Assembly: GCA_963664225.1 (NCBI GenBank)
Contig: OY760937.1
Span: 3,168,001 to 3,232,000 of the forward strand
Reading direction: 5' to 3'
From: Verrucomicrobiia bacterium
GTDB taxonomy: Bacteria > Verrucomicrobiota > Verrucomicrobiia > Limisphaerales > UBA1319
DNA length: 64,000 nucleotides
Below the pieces are notes generated by a model that saw nothing but the letters and a program-made list of their open reading frames with translations, made no database searches and was not told where the DNA came from. A program made the translations under genes and the position numbers. Each line of letters opens with the position of its first letter. The stretch's first letter is position 1. Shown piece after piece: positions 17,906 through 26,883 of the stretch.

Positions 17906-18541
17906 TCAGACTGCTTCGCTGAAGCCTTTAAAAATCAGGGAAACGGAGACGGCGCCTGGATCGGGATGGCCGATCACGCGGTCGCCGAGATTACGTGCGC
18001 GGCCGAATTTGGCGCGCATGGCGCGGGTGGCTTCCGCTCCGGCGGCGGCGGCCAGGGCGGCGTGCTCCAGGGCGGACTTGATGCCCTGGGCGGGATCGGC
18101 TGTTTTCAAAGCATCCAGCGCGGGCAGGAAGGCGTCCATCATGGTTTTATCCCCCACGGCGGCCTTGCTCTGCTTTTGAAGTTTGGCCACGCCCGAGGTC
18201 ATCAGGGCGACAAACCCGGCGCAGTCCAGCGTATCCCTGCCGCCGGTGCCTTCGCTCAGTCCCATGAAAAAGGAGCCCAGCAACGGGCCGGTGGATCCCC
18301 CATCGCAGGACATGACATCCCAGGCCACCTTCGAAAAGAATGCTTTCAGGTCGCCGCCCGGAGCTTCATGCGAGGCCTTGTCCACGGCCTCCATGGTGCG
18401 CAGGATCGTGGTTCCGTGGTCGCCATCGCCCACGGCGGCGTCGAGCCGCGAGAGCATTTCGTGATGCGTGCGGATTTGCGCCACGGCGCCCTGGAGCATG
18501 GAGCAGATTCCGGAGTATCCAATGGTATCGGTATCGGTCAT
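17906..18541 (-). CDS. dhaL: Dihydroxyacetone-kinase-like L subunit (DAK2)
   Basis: LDAAVGDGDHG, GGSTGPLLG, GDKTMMD, GRA, DPGA. Confidence 0.9.
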   Translation of the reverse strand: MTDTDTIGYSGICSMLQGAVAQIRTHHEMLSRLDAAVGDGDHGTTILRTMEAVDKASHEAPGGDLKAFFSKVAWDVMSCDGGSTGPLLGSFFMGLSEGTGGRDTLDCAGFVALMTSGVAKLQKQSKAAVGDKTMMDAFLPALDALKTADPAQGIKSALEHAALAAAAGAEATRAMRAKFGRARNLGDRVIGHPDPGAVSVSLIFKGFSEAV

Positions 18542-18565
18542 GATCGGAAAAAAATTGGTGTTAAA

Positions 18566-18727
18566 CCCGAAATCCGAAATAGGAACGGCCCATCTGACGC
18601 AATCATTTGGCCATCCATGGTTTGAAACCGGCTGTGGAGTATTGATTTAATACACCTTCGCCGATTGCAAATCATGGCTGTCTCAAAGCATTGCATCATC
18701 TTGACCATTCTTATTTCGGATTACGGG
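18566..18727. mobile_element. 162-bp MITE with IS1380-like ends
   Basis: Inverted ends CCCGAAATCCGAAATAGGAACGGCC and (rc) CCCGTAATCCGAAATAAGAATGGTC, with TTAA-type flanks. Resembles the IS1380 end at 63266. Confidence 0.7.
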
Positions 18728-18795
18728 TTAAGCGGGACGGGGCGGTCCGCCACGAAGGGCAAAGAGCCGTCCCCGTCCCGCAGGTGTTGGGAGTA

Positions 18796-19797
18796 TTATT
18801 TAACCGTCAGCGCGGGTGTGTCGCACGGGGCCTTCCAGTATTTCAATAATTCGTCATCCATCTTCGCGACGAACATCTGGAACCCGGCCATTTCCTGCAC
18901 GGTCAGGATTTCGGCGCATTTGGCGGCGGCAATATGGATGCCCTGGGCATCGAGATGTTTTTTGCAGCCGCGCAGCACAATGTACATTTCCATGAGCGTG
19001 GTCGCGCCGCTGCCATTGATGATGAGCAGCAGACGATCGCCCCGGGCGGCATTGACGGCCATGGCCAGCCGCGAAACCATCATTTCGGCGGTGCGATCCG
19101 CCGTCATGATCTTGCTGGGACCGGTGCCGGCCTCGCCGTGCTGGCCCATGCCGATTTCCATCTCGTCATCGGGCAGGTCGAAAATGGCCTGACCGGTGGA
19201 GGGATGGGTGGCGGTTTTCATGGCGACGGCGAGCGTGGCCATGCTGTTGTTGAAACGTTCCGCAATGGCGTAAACCTCATCCAGACTTTTGCCCGCTTCA
19301 GCCGCCGCGCCGGCAACCTTGAACAAGGGAACGCAGCCGACCAATCCGCGGCGATCCTCGATCGGCGTGTTGGCCCCGGGGGCAATGTCCTCATGGGTGA
19401 GCAGCATCTTAAAGGGAATGCCCTCCTTGGCGGCCATCTCGGCGGCCATGTTCGCGCTCATCACATCGCCCGCGTGGTTGAGCACCACAAAGAGAATGCC
19501 TGCCGGACGGTTGGCCAGGCGCAACGCCTCCAGAACCTTCGGTGGTCCAGGCGCGGCAAAAATATCGCCGACCACGCTGTAATCGAGCATGCCTTCGCCC
19601 ACGAAACCGCTCAGGGCGGGTTCATGACCGGCGCCGCCCAGGGTGACAATGGCCACCTTGTCCCTGGATTTGGGCCGGGCGCGGCAAACGATTTTGTCCG
19701 ACTGAATGCTGATCACATCGCTGTGGGCGATGGCGAATCCCTCGAGCAGCTCGCGGGTGAGTTGCGTGGGATCGTTAATGAATTTTTTCATCGTCAT
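18796..19797 (-). CDS. dhaK: Dihydroxyacetone-kinase-like K subunit (DAK1)
   Basis: MKKFIND, GGAGHEP, GDIFAAP, DRRGLVG, GMGQHGEAG. Confidence 0.9.
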   Translation of the reverse strand: MTMKKFINDPTQLTRELLEGFAIAHSDVISIQSDKIVCRARPKSRDKVAIVTLGGAGHEPALSGFVGEGMLDYSVVGDIFAAPGPPKVLEALRLANRPAGILFVVLNHAGDVMSANMAAEMAAKEGIPFKMLLTHEDIAPGANTPIEDRRGLVGCVPLFKVAGAAAEAGKSLDEVYAIAERFNNSMATLAVAMKTATHPSTGQAIFDLPDDEMEIGMGQHGEAGTGPSKIMTADRTAEMMVSRLAMAVNAARGDRLLLIINGSGATTLMEMYIVLRGCKKHLDAQGIHIAAAKCAEILTVQEMAGFQMFVAKMDDELLKYWKAPCDTPALTVK

Positions 19798-19816
19798 GGC
19801 GGTGTTCTCCCTGGGT

Positions 19817-20137
19817 TTACTTCGTGAACTGCATGTATTCAATCGGTGCGTCGCCGTCCTGAATGAATGCCACGCGCAAGCCGTCCATGGGAACGAACGG
19901 CTCCACAATGACCTTCTTGCCGGCGAGGGCCGCATCCAGATCATCCACGGTATAGGCGACGTGGGCGGTTTTCTTCAGCAGGTAATACATGGGGCTGCCG
20001 GCCTCGAACCGCAGCCACTCGATCTTGTGTTCGCTCTTGTTGGCGTCCGTGACGTAAAGCTTCGCCCCCTCGAGATAAATCTCGTTGGGCTGCTGCTGGG
20101 TGGTTGGGATTCCGATGTGGTGAAATTCCATTTTCAT
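19817..20137 (-). CDS. VOC/glyoxalase-like protein
   Basis: FHHIGIPT..HVAYTVDDL..IEYMQ. Confidence 0.75.
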   Translation of the reverse strand: MKMEFHHIGIPTTQQQPNEIYLEGAKLYVTDANKSEHKIEWLRFEAGSPMYYLLKKTAHVAYTVDDLDAALAGKKVIVEPFVPMDGLRVAFIQDGDAPIEYMQFTK

Positions 20138-20173
20138 ACGGTTATTCCAGTGAATGATGGGTTCGCGGGAGAA

Positions 20174-20860
20174 TTAGAATTTGACGTCGGGATTCGTGAA
20201 CCGGAGTCCGTCGCCATCGTGGAAGCTGCCGTATTCGCTGACGATCGCGCCATTGGGTCCGCCCATCATGAAATGCTTGGCGGTGAGACGATTGAGGGTG
20301 GCGATGTCACCGGGCTGCATTTCGTGGTATTTGGAGACGGTGATGAACTTCTCCTGGCTCTTGGGCAATTTGAATCCGGCAGGCAGAGGGCTGCCTTCTT
20401 CGCCGAGGGTGAAAATGCTGCCGTTGCGGACATGCCAGCTCTCCATCTTGGCCTTGCCCTTGGCGGTGGCCGCATGGGCATGCTCCACGATCATCTGACC
20501 GGGCAGCAGGTAAATCTCATGCGCGAAATAGCCGGCCTCCTGGGAATTAATCCAGAAAATGCCGCCCATGCCCACGTTCGCAAAATCGCCCAGACCAAAA
20601 TCCGTGGCCCACATATTCGTGCGGAGCGATTCGGGCACGGGATAGCCATAAGCGCCCATCATGTCGAAATAGGCCTGCTTGGCCTTCTCCACCTGGAATT
20701 TTCCGTCCTTGTAGAAGTCCTCGTTCTTCATTTTCGCAATTTTCACTTTCTTCACAGTCTTATTATCATTGTCTTTGGCCATGTTATTAATGCACAGCGC
20801 GGATGTCGTAACGACAAATGCGGCGAGCAATAGCAGGCGTCCGAATGTTCCTCGTTTCAT
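20174..20860 (-). CDS. Cupin sugar isomerase (D-lyxose isomerase-like) with signal peptide
   Basis: TDFGLGDF, LLPGQMIVEHAH..KMESW, H..VSEY. Confidence 0.7.
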   Translation of the reverse strand: MKRGTFGRLLLLAAFVVTTSALCINNMAKDNDNKTVKKVKIAKMKNEDFYKDGKFQVEKAKQAYFDMMGAYGYPVPESLRTNMWATDFGLGDFANVGMGGIFWINSQEAGYFAHEIYLLPGQMIVEHAHAATAKGKAKMESWHVRNGSIFTLGEEGSPLPAGFKLPKSQEKFITVSKYHEMQPGDIATLNRLTAKHFMMGGPNGAIVSEYGSFHDGDGLRFTNPDVKF

Positions 20861-20920
20861 TATATTCCTTTGGTTGTTGTGGTTGTTAAAAAATGGCCGG
20901 TGACCCGGCCTCTCATTGAA

Positions 20921-21853
20921 TCATCGCTGGCAGGGGCCCGGCAAAGGTTTCCCCTCTTTGGAAAGCATTTCCACCGGCATCATGGTGCTGTCGCCCGTGG
21001 GATTCGAATAATGCCAGACGGCTTTTTTCTCGCGGGTGATTTCGACCAATCCGCATCCCGCCCCATCCTGATAGGCCCGGTAACAGCCCATGACCAGGTT
21101 CTCATTGGCCAGCAGGTGCATTCCCGTCAGGTTCTGCAGCTTCAATTCCGGCAGATCGCGACAGGCAAATTCCCACACCTTCCCCCCTTTGGCGTCATAC
21201 TCTGTGACCTGGTCGAGGCTTGTGACAAGGGTGGTGCCTTTGGGCGTGCGCAAGGCGGAGAAGGCCACGCCACCGGCCACTTGCACCTCCCAGACCACAC
21301 GTCCGTCGGGCGTGTATTCCTTCACCTGGCGCAGGCCGGAATGGCAGACGAGATAGTTCCCGTTGTCCAGCTTGCGCGCCATGCGCATGTTATGATGTTC
21401 CCCCAGCTTGGACGGTGTCGTTTGCAGTGTGAAAACGATCTGTCCCGCGGCGTCCAACTCGAGCACGCGACCCGTGGAGTTCTCCCCCACAAGGGTTCTG
21501 CCATTGGCCAGCCTTTGACACGAGAACGCCCCGCCGCCTTTTTGCTCCGCGGGCTTGTATTGAAAAACGGTCTTATGCTCCGGGGTCACTTCGGTCACGG
21601 TCGCCCCGTCGGCGAAGAGCACGTTTCCGTTGGTCAGCATCCAGACGTCATGTGTCAACTGGGCGGGCTGCTGCCAGAGCACCTGGCCCGCCGGATCGAG
21701 GATCAACACCCGGTTATCGCCCGCAGCCAGAATGCGTCCCGAGGGCGAACCGACGATCAGGGGCGTTTCCGCCCGCAAACCGCCCGCACCGATCAGGAGC
21801 GCCAGCAGACCGATGACTGCTGGCGCGTTCGTAAACAGGGATGTGCCGCGCAT
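20921..21853 (-). CDS. Secreted beta-propeller protein (PQQ-like repeats)
   Basis: Signal peptide; repeated 'LxNGNxL..VxExxxxGxVVW' blades. Confidence 0.75.
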   Translation of the reverse strand: MRGTSLFTNAPAVIGLLALLIGAGGLRAETPLIVGSPSGRILAAGDNRVLILDPAGQVLWQQPAQLTHDVWMLTNGNVLFADGATVTEVTPEHKTVFQYKPAEQKGGGAFSCQRLANGRTLVGENSTGRVLELDAAGQIVFTLQTTPSKLGEHHNMRMARKLDNGNYLVCHSGLRQVKEYTPDGRVVWEVQVAGGVAFSALRTPKGTTLVTSLDQVTEYDAKGGKVWEFACRDLPELKLQNLTGMHLLANENLVMGCYRAYQDGAGCGLVEITREKKAVWHYSNPTGDSTMMPVEMLSKEGKPLPGPCQR

Positions 21854-21876
21854 GTTGTTTGGGTTTTGAATCCGGG

Positions 21877-24800
21877 TTAATCGGTCACGACGACGCGGAA
21901 CCCGACGTTGTAAACATGCTGCCAGGCCGGATAATCCAGTCGGGCGGAAACGGTGGATTCACGCGGCCTTTCGGACCATGAACCTCCACGCACCACTTTG
22001 GAGACGTCGGAGCCCGCCTTTGATGGCGCCGTATCCTTGTACGGATATGGCCGGTAATCATCCAGCGTCCATTCGGCCACATTGCCGATCATGTTTTGCA
22101 GACCCCACGGATTGGCCTTGTAATGGGAAACCTCGGCGAGCATCAGCACACCGTCGTTGAACCGGGCTTCCTTGGGAACATAGTCCCAGAACTTGTCGGG
22201 GTTGGAGATTGGCTGAGGATCGACCCCGGAGACGGCCAGCTTTGAAATCGAGGCGTCGGAGAGATTCGCAAACGTTGAGAAATCCGAGTTCAGATCCCCA
22301 TAGAACATCGGCGTGGAGGAACCGGTCCGACAGGCCCATTCCCATTGCGCCTCGGTGGGCAGTGTCACCTTCTTGCCGGTGCGCGCGGAGAGCCATTTGC
22401 AGAAGGCCATCGCCTGGTTCCAGTTCACACGAATGACCGGCAGGTTCGGGGCATCCATCAAGTAGCCCGGACGCACCTGATCCTTGTAGTGCTGATCATA
22501 GTATCCGTTGCGATGGTTGGGATCGAACTGCTGATACTGCTGCAGACTGATCTCCGTCGTGGCCATCCAGAAGGGCCTGGCGATTTTCACCGCAGTCATG
22601 GGGAATTCATTGAGCGCGCCATCCACGGCGCCCATCGCGAACTGGCCGGCGGGGATTTTCTTGAGCGCAATCGCCTGGCTGTTGCCCAGGTCCAGGGCCA
22701 TGGCGTTTTCGCCCAGGTCGGCCTGCAATTTTTGGGCGGCGTCGGGACTCAGCGGCCAGCCGTCCACGGATACCGCCGCAGGACGCGCCGCCATCGGCTC
22801 GGGTTTGACAAACTCCACCTTCGCGGTGCTCACTGCGGGAATGGCCTCGATGTCTTCATCGACATTGGAGTACTTCTTTCTGGAATCATAACGCCGTTGC
22901 TCGAAGTTGGAGGGAATTTTCGCAACCTCATGATACGTGCCGTAGGCGGGAACGTTGATGTCGATCCAGGTCAACAGACGGTCCCAGCCCTCGGCGTTCA
23001 ACTTCACATTGTAATGACCCTTGCGCAGCATCTGAATCAAGAGGCTGGTGTTGGCGTGGAATTCCAGAGGCGTTAGAACGTGGTAATCGCCTTCCGGTCC
23101 GTTGCGACGGATGTATGGATGCAGGTTCAGGTAGGAAACCGGCAGATCCGAAATGCCGCCGCTGGTCGGGATGATGCGTGTGTCGGCGAAGTTGGGGCGT
23201 CCTTCCTTGCTGCCGTTATGGCAACCCACGCAATACTGATCCAGCACAGGCTGAACCTCGCGCAGGAAGCTGAAGCCGCGTTTGGGCCCGTGCCATGGCG
23301 TGGGTTCAATCGGCGCTTTGCGGGCGGCAAGGCCCAGCTTTGGCGCGGCGGCGGAGTTCTGGCGCTCATGACAGCCCACGCAGGAAACGACTTCACCGGG
23401 CATTCCCACAAACCAACTGCGCATCAGTTGGAGGGCCTTGCCTTCCTGATCGAGCGGCTGGAGAGCCACCGGCGTGTTGGCCGGGATTTTGAACATGGCC
23501 GAGCCATCGGATTCCACCGGCACGGTGCCGATCATGCGGCGAACGTCCCATCCGCCTTCCATGCCGACAAAATAATGACCGCCCTGGTTGCGATAGGAAT
23601 ACTCGTATTGGAACAGGCGGAGGTTTTTCACGGAACCGCGCGGCACGTCCTTGAGGCCGGGACCGGCGTAAATATCATGCACGTAAACCGTGGCATTCGT
23701 ATCGGCCAGTTTCACCTTGTCTGGAATGACCGGGGGACGGACGGTTTTGCGGAAGGGCAGCGGCTCGAACAAGGCGTAGCCCGGCTGCTCCTTTAGAAGC
23801 AGCATGTTGTCGAAAGTATCCACCAGGTACAGGCCCCATGCAGCCGAGGGAGTCGGCTTGGCGGAAACCAAAAAGTACTTATCGCTCAAGGGATAGGGAT
23901 GCAGGAATTTCGGCCAGGAATCCGCCACCAGCTCGTCCTTGATGACGTCCGGAACCGGTTTGCCGCGACCGGGAATGCGCTGGATCGCGCCGGTGTTTTC
24001 CTGACGGCCTTTGGAGACGTCGAACAACACCATTTCGCCCATGCGCGCCACGCCGTGATGGCCGGAGACGATGCCGACCAGCTTGGTCGAACTGCCCGGC
24101 AGGGGCCGCGCGTAAAAGAGCGAGTTGGGCCAGTAGGAATTGCTGCCGTAAAGCTCCATCTGGCCGGTGCCATCGGGATTCATGGACATCATGATCCGGC
24201 TGAAATAGTGGGCTGAATCGGTGTATTCCCAGCGCAGATACATGATGCGGCCGCTGGGCATCACCACGGGATACCAGTCGTTGTCCTGGTCGAAGCACAA
24301 ACGGCGGATGGTCTTTCCCTCCGCGTCCATCAGGTGAAGATTGGCCACATAATCCGAACCGCCCACGCATGGCACGCCCTGGAAGGTGCTGGTGGAATCG
24401 AACATGATCCGGCCATCGGGCAGATACACGGAATCGTAGCTGTCGATATCGGTTTCATCGGCGGGTGTCACCTGGCGCAGGCCGGTCTTGTCCGCCTTGA
24501 TTTCAAACACCTGCCACTTGTTGTGGGTGCCAATGGAGGAAAACATCAGCTTGTCCGCGTCGAAATTCAGATCGACATCGCCGACATAGTAATTCTTTTC
24601 GGGCTTGTAGAAGGTCTCCAGGGCCGCGCCGCCTTTCTTGTATTCCAAAGTGGCGATTTCGTTTTCCGTCTGGGGATTGATGCTCGAGTTACCCTGCCAA
24701 TTCTGCGGCAGACAGAGGTTGCCCTCGGAGCGTTTGACGAGCAGGACCTTGTCGAAATCCAGCAATGGATTGGCCAGAAGCGCCTGACGCCGAACTTCCT

Positions 24801-25860
24801 TGAAGCTGGAAAGGGCGGCCAGGGACTTGTTTTCCCCATTTTCGAGCCCGGCCTTGATGGTCGGCAGATCTTTTTCAAAGGCCAGCACCGCCTTCAAGGA
24901 TTCGGGTCCGCCGACGTACTTGCCGGGGAACGAGGCGTTGAGGTCTTCAACCGCCAGGCGCAGCGCCGTCAGGTCCAGCCCGGCCAACTCAGCCCGGGCT
25001 TGTTCAAATGTGGTCGCCTGCCCGGCCAGCGAAAGCACGAGCTGGATCCACTCGGGGCTGGTGGGGGCCGTTTTGGCCTGAACCAATGCCGCGAGTTTCT
25101 CACGATCGGCTGTGGCGTCCTTGAGATTCTTCAGCAAAGCCTCCGCCGCCTGCTGCTCGATCTGGGTGTTTTCCGGATGCGCGAACCACTGTTCCGCATT
25201 CACATACTTCGAGAAAAGGCCCGATGGCCCCGGAAAATTATGCGCCACAGACCCAATGGCGCCCACCGTCGAGGCGTCCGTGCTAAAGTAAATGCCGGAA
25301 TCGCCGGTGCGATTGAAGATTTTAACCAGGACCGTGTTGGTGCCTTCGTGCAATTTGGCCTGGATCACGTCCGCGTCCGGGGTGGTTCCGCGTGGAACGT
25401 CATTGGACAAAAGTTTTTCACCGTTCACCCAGCATTCCACGCCGTCGTCGCTGCCCAGCCCGATTTTCAGCGGACGCGCCTCTTTGACGGTAATGGTGCG
25501 GTAAAAGTAGTTGGCCGTGGACGCTCCCGCCTGGAGCGAATGCACCACGCCATCGGGAATCTCGACCGCCTTCCAGACGGGCTTGTCGTTTTTAACCGCC
25601 TTCAGGTCAACGCCTTGCTCGGGAAACAACGCATCGGAAAACGACTGCGCTTTCAATCCCCCCGTTGTGACCCACGGGGATTCGACCAGGTCGGGTCCGG
25701 ACTGCAGCGCCGCGCGCCGGGCCAGCATCGCCGCCGCCCAATCGCCGCTTTCAGCCGCCACGGCCATCCATGCCGATCCGATCAGCAGGCCCGCTGCCGC
25801 CAATGTCCCCAGCCTTCTCCCTGCTCCACAACCCGCGATACCATTAATCAGTGATTTCAT
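21877..25860 (-). CDS. HzsA-related beta-propeller/heme c protein with C-terminal FGE-sulfatase (SUMF1) domain
   Basis: Signal peptide; GSDDG jelly-roll; YLRWEYTD; VPVESDGSA..MRSW; two CVGCH heme motifs; LPTEAQWEWACR, NPWGLQNMIGNVAEW, RGGSW, GFRVV. Confidence 0.8.
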   Translation of the reverse strand: MKSLINGIAGCGAGRRLGTLAAAGLLIGSAWMAVAAESGDWAAAMLARRAALQSGPDLVESPWVTTGGLKAQSFSDALFPEQGVDLKAVKNDKPVWKAVEIPDGVVHSLQAGASTANYFYRTITVKEARPLKIGLGSDDGVECWVNGEKLLSNDVPRGTTPDADVIQAKLHEGTNTVLVKIFNRTGDSGIYFSTDASTVGAIGSVAHNFPGPSGLFSKYVNAEQWFAHPENTQIEQQAAEALLKNLKDATADREKLAALVQAKTAPTSPEWIQLVLSLAGQATTFEQARAELAGLDLTALRLAVEDLNASFPGKYVGGPESLKAVLAFEKDLPTIKAGLENGENKSLAALSSFKEVRRQALLANPLLDFDKVLLVKRSEGNLCLPQNWQGNSSINPQTENEIATLEYKKGGAALETFYKPEKNYYVGDVDLNFDADKLMFSSIGTHNKWQVFEIKADKTGLRQVTPADETDIDSYDSVYLPDGRIMFDSTSTFQGVPCVGGSDYVANLHLMDAEGKTIRRLCFDQDNDWYPVVMPSGRIMYLRWEYTDSAHYFSRIMMSMNPDGTGQMELYGSNSYWPNSLFYARPLPGSSTKLVGIVSGHHGVARMGEMVLFDVSKGRQENTGAIQRIPGRGKPVPDVIKDELVADSWPKFLHPYPLSDKYFLVSAKPTPSAAWGLYLVDTFDNMLLLKEQPGYALFEPLPFRKTVRPPVIPDKVKLADTNATVYVHDIYAGPGLKDVPRGSVKNLRLFQYEYSYRNQGGHYFVGMEGGWDVRRMIGTVPVESDGSAMFKIPANTPVALQPLDQEGKALQLMRSWFVGMPGEVVSCVGCHERQNSAAAPKLGLAARKAPIEPTPWHGPKRGFSFLREVQPVLDQYCVGCHNGSKEGRPNFADTRIIPTSGGISDLPVSYLNLHPYIRRNGPEGDYHVLTPLEFHANTSLLIQMLRKGHYNVKLNAEGWDRLLTWIDINVPAYGTYHEVAKIPSNFEQRRYDSRKKYSNVDEDIEAIPAVSTAKVEFVKPEPMAARPAAVSVDGWPLSPDAAQKLQADLGENAMALDLGNSQAIALKKIPAGQFAMGAVDGALNEFPMTAVKIARPFWMATTEISLQQYQQFDPNHRNGYYDQHYKDQVRPGYLMDAPNLPVIRVNWNQAMAFCKWLSARTGKKVTLPTEAQWEWACRTGSSTPMFYGDLNSDFSTFANLSDASISKLAVSGVDPQPISNPDKFWDYVPKEARFNDGVLMLAEVSHYKANPWGLQNMIGNVAEWTLDDYRPYPYKDTAPSKAGSDVSKVVRGGSWSERPRESTVSARLDYPAWQHVYNVGFRVVVTD

Positions 25861-26711
25861 GCGTCATCTGTTCCCGTTTTAAGTTGTTTTTGACCGTTGG
25901 AGTCCAACAGCCCATATCCCAGCCGTCCGGAAATTATTCTGGCGTGTTCCATGACCGTCGCGCCCACCCTGGCCAGATCCTCCAGGCGCATGCGTTCCAT
26001 CGGTCCCGTCGTCCAGATCGACGCGATGGGATAGCCATGCCGGTTAAAGACCGGCGCGGCCACGCAGTGAATGCCCGCCATTTGCTCGCCCCGGTCCAGG
26101 GCATAGCCCTGCGCCGCCACTTCATTCAATTCATGGATGTAAGTTTGGACGTCGCCAATGGTGCGTTCATTGAATCGTTTGAAAGAAATTTTCTTGAGGA
26201 CGGCCTCGCTCTCGGCGGAGGGCATCCAGGCGAGGATGGCCTTGCCCGGCGCAGCCACGTGCAGCGGCAGGCGCGCGCCCAGATCGACCGAGAATTTAAA
26301 GGGATGAGACCCCAGCACCTGCCCCAGCACCACCAGTTCGCTTTCGACAATGGTGCCAATAAGGACCGTTTCCCTGAGTTGGTCGCGCAGTTTCTTGAGG
26401 ATATCCACGGAGAGGGACATCAGGTCCTCCTCGGCAAGTGTCCGGCTGCCCATGGCCACCAGCTTGCGGCTCAGGCGCAGGGTCTTGGTTTCCTCGTCGC
26501 GCACCAGGTAGCCATATTCGACGAGGGTCATGGCAATGCGGTAAACACTGGTCTTGGCGCAATGCAGGAGGGCGGCGATTTCGGATTGCTGGAGGCCATC
26601 CGGGTAATCGAGCAAAAGCTCCATGAGCTTGAGGCCGCGCTCGAGATTGGGGACCTTATAACGGGATGCGGGCTCTTTATTGACTGGTTTTATGAGAGAC
26701 AGGGCGCGCAT
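25857..26711 (-). CDS. IclR-family transcriptional regulator
   Basis: VPNLERGLKLMELL HTH; GARLPLHVAAPGKAILA; GYALDRGE..GIHCVAAPV. Confidence 0.92.
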   Translation of the reverse strand: MRALSLIKPVNKEPASRYKVPNLERGLKLMELLLDYPDGLQQSEIAALLHCAKTSVYRIAMTLVEYGYLVRDEETKTLRLSRKLVAMGSRTLAEEDLMSLSVDILKKLRDQLRETVLIGTIVESELVVLGQVLGSHPFKFSVDLGARLPLHVAAPGKAILAWMPSAESEAVLKKISFKRFNERTIGDVQTYIHELNEVAAQGYALDRGEQMAGIHCVAAPVFNRHGYPIASIWTTGPMERMRLEDLARVGATVMEHARIISGRLGYGLLDSNGQKQLKTGTDDA

Positions 26712-26714
26712 TAG

Positions 26715-26745
26715 TTCACTGGTAAAAAATAGTTTTGCCAGTGAA
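26715..26745. promoter_or_regulatory. Putative IclR operator (13-5-13 inverted repeat)
   Basis: TTCACTGGTAAAA-N5-TTTTGCCAGTGAA in the divergent intergenic region; extra half-site near 26777. Confidence 0.55.
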
Positions 26746-26883
26746 ACTGAATTGCCCTACGTTTTCTGTCAAGCGTGTTCCAGTGATTCTGCGCAAAAAT
26801 TGTTTTTTTGCCGCGTGAATCGAATCCTCTCGCGATTCGTCCTCTCATGAGGCACCATGACCGCTCACAACATTCATTGAATT

